64,000 bases of DNA from an uncultured Bacteroidia bacterium (GCA_902798975.1 CADBYT010000011.1:628-64627), one strand, 5' to 3'; shown: positions 49,904-58,217, counted from the stretch's first letter. Notes: generated by a model from the letters alone, not told the origin. Program-made: numbers and translations.

Positions 49904-50763
49904 TCGAAACGGAGTTTGGCGCCCCGGAAGCGCGTCCGGGTTTCTTCGAACAGGTATTGGAACATGCTGCGGCGCCGGGTTTCACTCAGCACCGAGCAGT
50001 AGGTGCCCACGTTCATGTTGACGTTCCGGGGTTCGCCGAAGGACCAGTCGTAGCGGGTCGGGTCCGTCGGAGAAGTGAACAATTCGATACTGACCTGGTA
50101 CATCATTTCTCCCGAGGCCAGCAGCCGGCGCGCCATCTCTTCGCTCTTGAGCGTTTGGCTCACCTCGCTCGCGGTCACGGGGTAGCGGTCGACGCGCACC
50201 ACTTTCCCCTTGACATAGCCGATCTCGTCCCGTTTCTCATTCTCCGGCCACACCTGCGCCATCATCCCCTCGCGCAGATCGCGCTGGCCGGCATTGTCGA
50301 TGTAGGCGATGAGCATGGCGCGCTGCGACTGTTCATTGCCGCCGACCACGCTGATGATGGGCTCGAAGGCCTCGAAAGGCTCGTTGTCGTCCTTGGTGCT
50401 GATCACCGTCCCGTCCACCGTGCTGGTCAGGATGCTGTAGCTGTCCTCCATGGAGATGAGGGCCAGCGTCTGCCCCTGAGAGACGTGGTCTCCGTTGCGC
50501 ACGAACACGGTGCGGACCATGCCCCGGTTGGGCAGCGACACGTCCGTCGTGCCCTCGAGGGGGAACACCACACCGCTGTAATAGACCTTGTCCGAAACGC
50601 TTCCGAGGAATCCCCACACGAAGAAGGCGATCATCAGCAGCAGGGCCGTGCATGCGAGAAGGTACGTCGGCAGCGCCGTGACTTTGAGGGTGTTGCCAAT
50701 CTGGTCGGGGGACTGCAGCCGTTGCTCTCGGCTCTCAGCGGAAAGAGGGTTCCGGTCAGCCAT
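49900..50763 (-). CDS. NHLM-type secretion protein (short HlyD-like adaptor)
   Basis: QRLQSPDQIGNTLKVT, TM ending WGFLGSV, GYVKGKVVRVDRYPVT, YDWSFG, ETRRRSMFQYLF. Confidence 0.8.
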   Translation of the reverse strand: MADRNPLSAESREQRLQSPDQIGNTLKVTALPTYLLACTALLLMIAFFVWGFLGSVSDKVYYSGVVFPLEGTTDVSLPNRGMVRTVFVRNGDHVSQGQTLALISMEDSYSILTSTVDGTVISTKDDNEPFEAFEPIISVVGGNEQSQRAMLIAYIDNAGQRDLREGMMAQVWPENEKRDEIGYVKGKVVRVDRYPVTASEVSQTLKSEEMARRLLASGEMMYQVSIELFTSPTDPTRYDWSFGEPRNVNMNVGTYCSVLSETRRRSMFQYLFEETRTRFRGAKLRFE

Positions 50764-50775
50764 GGGATGTGGGAT

Positions 50776-51627
50776 TTATTTTCTCTTCTTGCTGTAGATG
50801 TAGTGCTTGTATCCCACCTGGACGGAGAGGAAGTCTACGTTGCGGGCAATCTTGAAATTGTTGATATGGGCGTTGTTGTTCGTTTTTTCCTTGTGCTGCT
50901 GGGTATGGCTGTAAGTAGCGCCGACGAGCGGGACGCTGATGGTCACGGCGCTGTTGTCCCTCAGGCGGATGCACAGGCCGGCGGCCAGCTTCAGGCCGGC
51001 GGAGTAGACGTCCGACGTGCGCAGTTTGGTCTCCACATAGGCGCCATTTTCGTCAATCGGGCAGGAGATGGTGCGTCCGTAGTTGCCATACAGGCGGACT
51101 TCGCCGAAAATGGCGAAGGTACGGCTGCCGAAGAAAGAGATGTATTTGCGCAGGTCCGTCGAGATGCCCCAGGCGTTGTGCACCATGTGGCGGTTGGAGA
51201 TGCGGAGGTTCAGGAGATCGTCCAGTTCCTGCTTCAGTTCCGGATCGTCACCGGCCAGCTCGCCCAGGTTGACGACGTTGCGAAGGTCCAGGCGCAGGTC
51301 GGTGTTCAGCGTGTATCCGCTGTAGTCCAGTCGGATGCCCAGGGCGAGGTCGTCTGCCACGAAAAAGGAGAAGCGCGGGCTGACGTTGTAGACGGACAGG
51401 CGTCCCTGGCCGATGTTCAGCAGGGACATGATGGCGTAGCCGTCTCCGAGCACGTCTCCGCCGATGTCTAAGCTCCGGTATGCACCCGAGATGCCGATGG
51501 CGCGGCCTCCTTTCTCAATAAAAGTGATTTTGCCTGTTACCGGATCGTCGAAGCGGTCGAGGATACCCTGTCCCAGGGCGTTGATGGACAAAAGGCACAG
51601 CAGCGTGAGGCAGAAAATTCTCTTCAT
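50776..51627 (-). CDS. Outer-membrane beta-barrel protein, first gene of the exporter operon
   Basis: Signal peptide; amphipathic strands (VSPRFSFFVADDLALGIRLDY, LRKYISF, VQVGYKHYIY). Confidence 0.65.
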   Translation of the reverse strand: MKRIFCLTLLCLLSINALGQGILDRFDDPVTGKITFIEKGGRAIGISGAYRSLDIGGDVLGDGYAIMSLLNIGQGRLSVYNVSPRFSFFVADDLALGIRLDYSGYTLNTDLRLDLRNVVNLGELAGDDPELKQELDDLLNLRISNRHMVHNAWGISTDLRKYISFFGSRTFAIFGEVRLYGNYGRTISCPIDENGAYVETKLRTSDVYSAGLKLAAGLCIRLRDNSAVTISVPLVGATYSHTQQHKEKTNNNAHINNFKIARNVDFLSVQVGYKHYIYSKKRK

Positions 51628-51704
51628 AGGTTACGTGTTTTGTTTTAGAATGCGGCTATTTCAACAAAAATGATGTTTTTTTATGAAAAAACAAAATGGC
51701 GTTG

Positions 51705-51712
51705 TATTTTTG
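51705..51712 (+). promoter_or_regulatory. -7 promoter (TAttTTTG) for the large exported protein
   Basis: 10 nt upstream of ATG 51723 in an AT-rich divergent intergenic region. Confidence 0.55.
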
Positions 51713-51722
51713 GTCGTTTATT

Positions 51723-54700
51723 ATGCGTAGACTACTTTACCCGCTTCTCGTCCGTGTGCTGCTGGTTGTAGGACTGACGGCAGCATGGACGCCGGCCATG
51801 GCGACGCCCTATATCCGGGACGTGATGCTGGTCGGCGGAAGCGCGGAGGAAATAGTAACATGGACGGCTACGCTGATCCCGCAAGGTTGGAAAATGATCG
51901 GCCAGGACCTGAACAAGGGGGCCGGAGGCGATTACGTCCATCTGTTCTACAAGACGGAAAGCATCGACGACGGTTTTAACTACGGCGCCATCACGGGTTT
52001 CATCATCGCCAAGAATTATTCCGACAAGATAGAATACGAAGGTCGTTCCTACTTTCCCGTTCCCTACGATGGCGGGACCAGCTTCAAAACCAGCAAGGGC
52101 AACGTCAACAACGGCACAGGCGGCACGAACATTTATCTTTACTACACCCGCGACTACTTTTCGGACAAGCGTGTCGTTACCGGCATCTTTTTCAACAGCA
52201 CCCCGACGGGTGCAGTACGCTCGATCAACAGCACGACCTTCAACAACTGGGGTTATAGCCTGAATGCCGGCAACAACGGAGATCTCATCTATATGCACGT
52301 CACCACCGCCACGGCCCTGGAGCCCGTGCAGATAGGCAACGGTACGACCGGTACGGACTTCATTCCTTTCTATTTGGGTAATACTTCTTATCCCTATTCC
52401 CTGTCGCAACAGATCTATACAGCCGAAGAGATCGGAACGGCCGGCAGCATCAAAGCCATTTCCTTCTTCCACCGGAAGGATGACATGTCATTGAATATGA
52501 ATGGAGTCCAAATCTATATGAAGCACACGGACAAGGATTCCTTTTCCGGAACGGATCTGGATCCGAAGGAGGGCTTCACCAAGGTATTTGATGGGAATAT
52601 CGCTGTCTCCGGCCAGCAATGGCTGACGATCATTCTGGACACGCCTTTCAATTATGACGGCAACAGCAACCTGATGATCTGCTGCTACGTCCCTGTAGTC
52701 ACCTCGCCGCAGCCGCACGGCAACACGTTTTCGTATCATTATGCCGACAACAAGATGCGTCGTGTGGCTTCCGGCTCGCCCATCAATTGGAACAACCAGC
52801 AATTGACTGGAAGCAGCGCAACGATGCGCAACAACATCCGGATCAACATCGTTCCCAACCCTTATCGCAATCCCGTCAGTCTGGCCGTAACGGAGCTTTC
52901 GGACAATGCGGCGACCGTAAGCTGGCAGGCGCCTGCAGGTGAGCATCCCACCATTCAACGCTATGAATGGCAGTACAAAAAGTCCACGGATGCAGCCTGG
53001 TCAGGCCAGACCTCCACGAGCGGCACGAGCGCATCCTTCAACGGGTTGTCGGCTTTCACTGAATACCAGTTCCGCGTCAAAATCATTTATGCCGGCGGAG
53101 AAAGCAGTTTTTCCCTCCTGCGTTTCACCACGGCCGTGTCACTGCCTCACTTCTGCGGTTTTGAAAACGGAATGCCCGGCTGGAGCCAGGCGAACCACAA
53201 TCACCTCTTGAACATTGACTATACCGGCATCTTCGGGGAAGCCAAACACGAGGGGAATTATGGCTATAAGTTCCAGCCCTACAGCGATGAAACGCCCCAA
53301 TATCTGATCAGTCCCCGGCTGCCGGGAAACACCGCTGTCAGGGTGTCGTTCTATTATTGCAGGAGCTCCACCTCGGCTTCACAGATTGGAAAATTCAAAG
53401 TGGGCTACTCCACTTCGACCAGCGATATCAACGATTTCCACTGGGAAGACGAACTGACCGTTGAGGGATCAGACTGGATGCAGTACGACAAGGACTTTCC
53501 TTCCGGTACCCGCTTCGTGGCCATTCAATCCTATGCCCAGAATACCGATCTGTATCTGGATGACTTCCAATTTGATGCATACTCCTCCCTGGCCAGACCC
53601 ACGGGTCTTTCCGTGAGCGAGTTGGGCGATCAGCGCGTTACGCTGAAGTGGAATGCAGCCGACGGAGCCACGGAGTATGTCTATCAATACCGGACGGAGA
53701 ATGCCGACAGCTGGTCGTCCGAGGCATCCGTGAGCGGCACAAGCGTAACCCTTAACGGCCTGACGGCCAACACGACCTATGTGTTCCGCGTCAAAGCCCA
53801 CTACGCCAGTGGATACAGCAATTTTGTGACTTTCCAGTTCCTGACCGAAGGTCCGATGGTGGACATCCCGCATTCGCAGGATTTCGAGAACGGGATGGGG
53901 GGCTGGCGCCTGGAAAACGGGTCCGGCCGGTCGGGCATCTCCACACGTGCGAAACACGGAGGTTCGTATAGTTTCGAATTCGACGAAGGAAGTCCGGAAG
54001 CCCAATGCCTTCGCTCCCCCCTGCTGCAAGGGAACGGTGCAGAGAAGGTGGTCTCGTTCTATTTCAAGAACCATGCTGAGAATCCTGAGCCGGGAAGCTC
54101 GTCGCTCATTTCGTATGCCTCCTCTTTCCAGGTGGGCTGGTCCACGAATACCAATCAACTCTCCGACTTTGTCGGAACCACGGAACTGGCAGCCGAGAAC
54201 GGGGAGTGGGTGCATTTCTCGCTTCAGGTACCGGCAGACGCCAAATACGTCATGATCCGGGTCAAAGACCATCAGGCCTGGCTCTACGTGGATGACATCA
54301 GTATCACGACGGTTCCCCAGCCCGTAGCCACGGCAGCCAGCGTGATGGGCGATATCCAGTATGCCGCCACATTCTATGACGGGTCCCGGAGCTGGCAGCT
54401 GCCGAAAGGCGGGCTGGCATACACGGTTCAGCAGGAAGGCAATGATTACGTGTTTTACTGCATCGGCGACGTGATTCCGGCCGGAAAGCCGGTGATCATC
54501 CTGCTGGACAAGCAGGCGGGAGACACGGGATCCACCAAGGTCATCCCGCTGAGTGTGACAAGCTATACCAATGTGCCCGTCCTGTACAATATCCTGATAG
54601 GAACGGATTCGCCGGTGACTGTCAGCAACGGCAAGATAGGGAATGATAAGGTATATGTATTAGGCATCAAGAACGGGAAACTGGGATTCTATCCCTTCTC

Positions 54701-54746
54701 CGGAAACGCGATCCCGGCAGGGAAAGCTTATATTTTGGGTGAATGA
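51723..54746 (+). CDS. Large exported protein: MABP-like beta-prism, beta-sandwich, 2x FN3, 2x cleaved-adhesin/MAM-like, C-terminal KAY domain
   Basis: Sec signal (TPAMA); repeats DLNKGAGGDYVHLFY / NVNNGTGGTNIYLYY / SLNAGNNGDLIYMHV; SQQIYTAEEIG; ATVSWQ..YQFRVK; GFENG..W..YLISP..LYLDDF; ends IPAGKAYILGE. Confidence 0.75.
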   Translation: MRRLLYPLLVRVLLVVGLTAAWTPAMATPYIRDVMLVGGSAEEIVTWTATLIPQGWKMIGQDLNKGAGGDYVHLFYKTESIDDGFNYGAITGFIIAKNYSDKIEYEGRSYFPVPYDGGTSFKTSKGNVNNGTGGTNIYLYYTRDYFSDKRVVTGIFFNSTPTGAVRSINSTTFNNWGYSLNAGNNGDLIYMHVTTATALEPVQIGNGTTGTDFIPFYLGNTSYPYSLSQQIYTAEEIGTAGSIKAISFFHRKDDMSLNMNGVQIYMKHTDKDSFSGTDLDPKEGFTKVFDGNIAVSGQQWLTIILDTPFNYDGNSNLMICCYVPVVTSPQPHGNTFSYHYADNKMRRVASGSPINWNNQQLTGSSATMRNNIRINIVPNPYRNPVSLAVTELSDNAATVSWQAPAGEHPTIQRYEWQYKKSTDAAWSGQTSTSGTSASFNGLSAFTEYQFRVKIIYAGGESSFSLLRFTTAVSLPHFCGFENGMPGWSQANHNHLLNIDYTGIFGEAKHEGNYGYKFQPYSDETPQYLISPRLPGNTAVRVSFYYCRSSTSASQIGKFKVGYSTSTSDINDFHWEDELTVEGSDWMQYDKDFPSGTRFVAIQSYAQNTDLYLDDFQFDAYSSLARPTGLSVSELGDQRVTLKWNAADGATEYVYQYRTENADSWSSEASVSGTSVTLNGLTANTTYVFRVKAHYASGYSNFVTFQFLTEGPMVDIPHSQDFENGMGGWRLENGSGRSGISTRAKHGGSYSFEFDEGSPEAQCLRSPLLQGNGAEKVVSFYFKNHAENPEPGSSSLISYASSFQVGWSTNTNQLSDFVGTTELAAENGEWVHFSLQVPADAKYVMIRVKDHQAWLYVDDISITTVPQPVATAASVMGDIQYAATFYDGSRSWQLPKGGLAYTVQQEGNDYVFYCIGDVIPAGKPVIILLDKQAGDTGSTKVIPLSVTSYTNVPVLYNILIGTDSPVTVSNGKIGNDKVYVLGIKNGKLGFYPFSGNAIPAGKAYILGE

Positions 54747-55693
54747 TGAAAAGAGGCTTGCTAATAGGAATCGCACTGGCTTGTGTGTGGACCGGTTGCA
54801 TGGAAGAGGAACTGTTGCCGGAGGAGCAGACCGCCGAGGCGGCGTCCGAGTGGACGTTGACTTTGCAGGCGGTGAAGCAGGATGCGTCTGAAACGAAGGG
54901 GCTGGCCATCGGAGGGGGAGATTCAGAGGCGAGCACCACGATCCTGCAGTCCATCTGGAAGGCCGACGAGCCGGTGGAAGTCTATCTGGCGGGTACGCAT
55001 ATCGGTACCCTGACGGCGACGCCCGACGCCACGAATGCTCACTATGCGACCCTCTCCGGAACCGTCACCACGACCGGCATCAATCCCGGGACGACAGAAC
55101 TTACCCTGCTCACTCCCCGTCAGGAATGGGATTACACCGGGCAGGTAGGCCGGCTTCTGCTGCATGACGATCCCAACAATAAGGTGGAAGACAACCGGTC
55201 CATCGAAAAGAAATACCATTACACCATGGCCGAAAACGTCCTGGTGACGGCCGCTTCCAACGGAACCATCACCACGGACCAGGCATCTTTTGCCAATCAG
55301 CAGAGCATCTATCGGCTCAACTTCCGTTTCCAGCACAACGGAACGGGCAACAAGTACAACATCACCGCCAAGCGGATTTGGATTGCGGCCGAGGGCGGCG
55401 GACTGGTGAAGACCCGGACATTGGGCAGTTCTTCCGTCACCGGCACCATCGAGGTTCTTTTGGACAATTCCACCGAGAATCCTTTCTTCGTCGCCCTTCG
55501 CAACAACAATACGACAACGGAAGAAAAGCTCGTGTTCAAGGTGATGGACAGTGAAGGCATCACCTACTTCGGCACCAAGACCATCCCCGCTGAGTACAAA
55601 CCCAACGGAACTTTCGTGAGTATGAAAAACGCCACCCTCACCGGGCGCCTGGAATTAGCCCTCCATACAGAAACGGTAACGGAGGCTTTATAA
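54743..55693 (+). CDS. Fimbrillin/type V pilin-like lipoprotein
   Basis: Lipobox WTGC, acidic linker, first strand WTLTLQAVK, ETK|G, WKADEPVEVY, FANQQSIYRLNF; ATGA overlap with the upstream gene. Confidence 0.6.
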   Translation: MMKRGLLIGIALACVWTGCMEEELLPEEQTAEAASEWTLTLQAVKQDASETKGLAIGGGDSEASTTILQSIWKADEPVEVYLAGTHIGTLTATPDATNAHYATLSGTVTTTGINPGTTELTLLTPRQEWDYTGQVGRLLLHDDPNNKVEDNRSIEKKYHYTMAENVLVTAASNGTITTDQASFANQQSIYRLNFRFQHNGTGNKYNITAKRIWIAAEGGGLVKTRTLGSSSVTGTIEVLLDNSTENPFFVALRNNNTTTEEKLVFKVMDSEGITYFGTKTIPAEYKPNGTFVSMKNATLTGRLELALHTETVTEAL

Positions 55694-55727
55694 TTAATCA
55701 GGTAACAGATAAAGTTGCAGCAACCAA

Positions 55728-55856
55728 TTACGGTTCATTCAGATCGCCGTAATGATAATCTTCGGTCGACGGACTCCCGCACACAATCCCCTCCACCTTC
55801 ACCTCCACCACGGAGACAGAAGGGGCCTCATACGGTTCTTTGTTGCAACTAAACAC
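55728..55856 (-). CDS. 42-aa peptide with YxxP leader motif and ExxxCxS
   Basis: GTG start: MFSCNKEPYEAPSVSVVEVKVEGIVCGSPSTEDYHYGDLNEP; own TAtaTTTG promoter at 55877-55884. Confidence 0.65.
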   Translation of the reverse strand: MFSCNKEPYEAPSVSVVEVKVEGIVCGSPSTEDYHYGDLNEP

Positions 55857-56000
55857 TTCTAACCAAAATCTGTTGCCAAATATACTGATTATCAAGGAAA
55901 CCGCCAAAAGCCCCAATCAGAACAACATATTCCACGCGGCCTGCTGCGCCCTTGCACTGTGGGCGGCATTCATCTTGCCGAAGTTCACATTTATACTATT

Positions 56001-56030
56001 CCACAAAATTGTGGACCACAAAATTGTGGA
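56001..56030. repeat. Tandem 15-bp repeat CCACAAAATTGTGGA x2 (each quasi-palindromic)
   Basis: Read directly; lies downstream of the tRNA. Confidence 0.8.
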
Positions 56031-56113
56031 AAAAGGGGTCTGTGGATTCGGAGAGGACGCAGTCTCTTCATCTCCAAAAGACCTGGTGCGACAACGGTGC
56101 GATGAAATTGCAC

Positions 56114-56147
56114 AAAAAAGGGCTCTCAGATGCCTGAGAGCCCTTTT
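56114..56147 (-). terminator. Intrinsic terminator of tRNA-Ser
   Basis: AAAAGGGCTCTCAG-gcat-CTGAGAGCCCTTTTTT on the minus strand. Confidence 0.85.
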
Positions 56148-56151
56148 GATG

Positions 56152-56239
56152 CGGAGAGGACGAGATTCGAACTCGTGGTACGCTTGAGACGTACGTCGGT
56201 TTAGCAAACCGGTGGTTTCAGCCACTCACCCACCTCTCC
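56152..56239 (-). tRNA. tRNA-Ser(GCT)
   Basis: GGAGAGG...CCTCTCC-G acceptor stem, anticodon loop TT-GCT-AA, long variable arm, GTTCGAATC T-loop; CCA not encoded; promoter TAacTTTG at 56290-56297. Confidence 0.96.
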
Positions 56240-56348
56240 AATCCTTCCCTTCGGTCTCCAAACTAGGATCTCCGTTTTGTTCGGGACGACAAAGTTACAA
56301 CAATTTCTTGTTTTTCCAATTGTCCGGCCTCATTTCACCCAGATTTCG

Positions 56349-56504
56349 TCAATGAAGATGAAGCCGGGGACGGGTATCGGGGCTCAGCTGCACCATGCCG
56401 AACGGCGCCACGGCCCCGGGAAAGGTCTGCCCGTGCGCGTCGGTGCCGACAAACGGGTTGACGTAGGGAAGCAGGCTAAGGAGGAAAGTGGTCAGCAGGT
56501 TCAT
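56349..56504 (-). pseudogene. Truncated GH92 alpha-mannosidase (N-terminal 51 aa only)
   Basis: MNLLTTFLLSLLPYVNPFVGTDAHGQTFPGAVAPFGMVQLSPDTRPRLHLH*; promoter TAtcTTTG at 56524-56531. Confidence 0.8.
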
Positions 56505-56568
56505 CGCGGCGCAAGTGTTTCTGCAAAGATAGCTTTTTAACGCAAAAATGTTTTAACTTTGCCTCGTT

Positions 56569-58197
56569 ATGCCACATAAGTCCGTTTCCCTGACCATCCT
56601 GCTGCTGACCGCGCTCCTGTCCGTCTCCTGTGCGGAACGGACGGCTCCGTTGTCCCGTGAACTGGCGGAGCTGGAGGGCTACATCGCCGCGCGCCCTGTG
56701 TACGAAACGCGCAAGAAGGACCAGCTGGAAGGCATACGCAAGATGGCGGAGTCCACGACCAACCGCCGGCGCCTCTTCGATTACGGGATGTACGCGGCCA
56801 ACGAGTATTTCTCTTACAGTTTCGATTCCACGGCATTCTACCTGAAGAAGTGCCTGGACCTTGCCGGGGAGCTCCGGGATACGGACCGCTACAATCAGGC
56901 GTCCATCCTGCTCGGGCACCTGTATGCGAAGGCGGGCCACTACATGGAGGCCTACAACCGCCTGTTCAACCAGATCGATACGAGCACGCTCTCACAGGCC
57001 CACCGGGTGGACTACCTGATGGCGCTGTACGATTTCAGCCGGGACCTGGCCGGCAATTCCGGCATGGTGGAGCGACCGCCCATCCAGGAGCGGGACGTGT
57101 ACCGGCAGCAGCTGTATTCCCTGTTGCCGAGGGATTCCCGGCAATGGCGGGAACTCCGGCTGGACGAGCTGCTCACGGAAGAGAAGTTCGAAGCGGCCGA
57201 CAGTCTGGTGCAGATCCTGCTGGCCGGCACCAGGCCGGACGAGCACAACTACGCCATCTATGCCTATGAGCGTTCGGTGATCGCGGAACGCAGCGGCCGT
57301 CCGGACGACCGGCTGAGCTGGCTGATCAAGTCGGCGGAGAGCGACATCATCAATGCCGTCAAGGACTACGCTTCGCTGACCGTCATCTCGCAGATCGTAC
57401 TCCCGACCGATGTCGTGCGTTCGTTCAGCTACCTGCGGATCGCGCAGGAAGATGCCATCGCCTACAACGCCAAGCTGCGTCCCTGGCAGATCTCGCAGTT
57501 CTTCATGGAGATCGAGGACGCGTATGCGGCGCGGCGCACCCAGGCGCATCAGCGCATGACGGTGTTTTCCATCCTGCTGGGCGTGCTGGCCGTCCTCCTG
57601 CTGGTGCTGGCCTGGTTCCTGGTGAAGCGCTCCCGGAAACTTTCCCGGATGCGGCAGGACCTGGAGGAACGCAACAGCCAGCTGGCGTCGGCCAACGATT
57701 CGCTGGCCCTGCTGAACAGGGAGCTCTCGCGCGCGGACCAGGTCAAGGAGCGCTACATCGTGGACTTCCTCCGCCGGCTGTCCAACAACGTGTCCCAGAT
57801 CCAGGGCGAGGAGAATTATGCCCGGAACCTGCTCAAGCAGGGACGGTCGGAGCAGCTGCTCAAGGAGATATCCCTTTCCACCCGTTCGGAAAAGACGCTC
57901 AAGGAGTTCTGCCGGGATTTCGACGCGACCTTCCTGCAGGCGATCTGCCCGGATTTCGTGGCCCGTTTCAACGCGCTGCTCCGGGAGGACGCCCGCTTCC
58001 ATCCCAAGCCCGGATCGCTGACGACCGAACTGCGCATCTTCGCCCTGATTCGCCTGGGCGTGGACGATTCACGCGAAATCGCGAACATTCTCCATTACTC
58101 GCACAGCACGATCTACAACTACAAGGTCTCCGTCAAGAACGCGGCGCTGGGCGACCGGGACAGCTTTGAGGAAAAGGTGAAAATGATAGGAAAGTAG
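56569..58197 (+). CDS. SusR-like (DUF6377) membrane-spanning transcriptional regulator
   Basis: Periplasmic TPR-like region (YSFDST, SDIINAVKD), one TM, C-terminal FDATFL, LTTELRIFALIRLGV, YSHSTIYNYK. Confidence 0.9.
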   Translation: MPHKSVSLTILLLTALLSVSCAERTAPLSRELAELEGYIAARPVYETRKKDQLEGIRKMAESTTNRRRLFDYGMYAANEYFSYSFDSTAFYLKKCLDLAGELRDTDRYNQASILLGHLYAKAGHYMEAYNRLFNQIDTSTLSQAHRVDYLMALYDFSRDLAGNSGMVERPPIQERDVYRQQLYSLLPRDSRQWRELRLDELLTEEKFEAADSLVQILLAGTRPDEHNYAIYAYERSVIAERSGRPDDRLSWLIKSAESDIINAVKDYASLTVISQIVLPTDVVRSFSYLRIAQEDAIAYNAKLRPWQISQFFMEIEDAYAARRTQAHQRMTVFSILLGVLAVLLLVLAWFLVKRSRKLSRMRQDLEERNSQLASANDSLALLNRELSRADQVKERYIVDFLRRLSNNVSQIQGEENYARNLLKQGRSEQLLKEISLSTRSEKTLKEFCRDFDATFLQAICPDFVARFNALLREDARFHPKPGSLTTELRIFALIRLGVDDSREIANILHYSHSTIYNYKVSVKNAALGDRDSFEEKVKMIGK

Positions 58198-58217
58198 TCC
58201 TTTCCAAGTTCAACAAG

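Noticed and set aside
55728-55856. Classical double-glycine leader cleaved at VCGS
   Set aside because: Lacks the ELxxxxL helix pattern, and the adjacent ABC1 has no C39 domain; the YxxP register fits better.
55917-56225. 102-aa ORF or transposase remnant next to the tRNA
   Set aside because: Overlaps the tRNA and its terminator; no convincing transposase or integrase motif.
43800-56239. Intact integrative element at tRNA-Ser
   Set aside because: No integrase, and I found no duplicate of the tRNA 3' end by eye at the far boundary.
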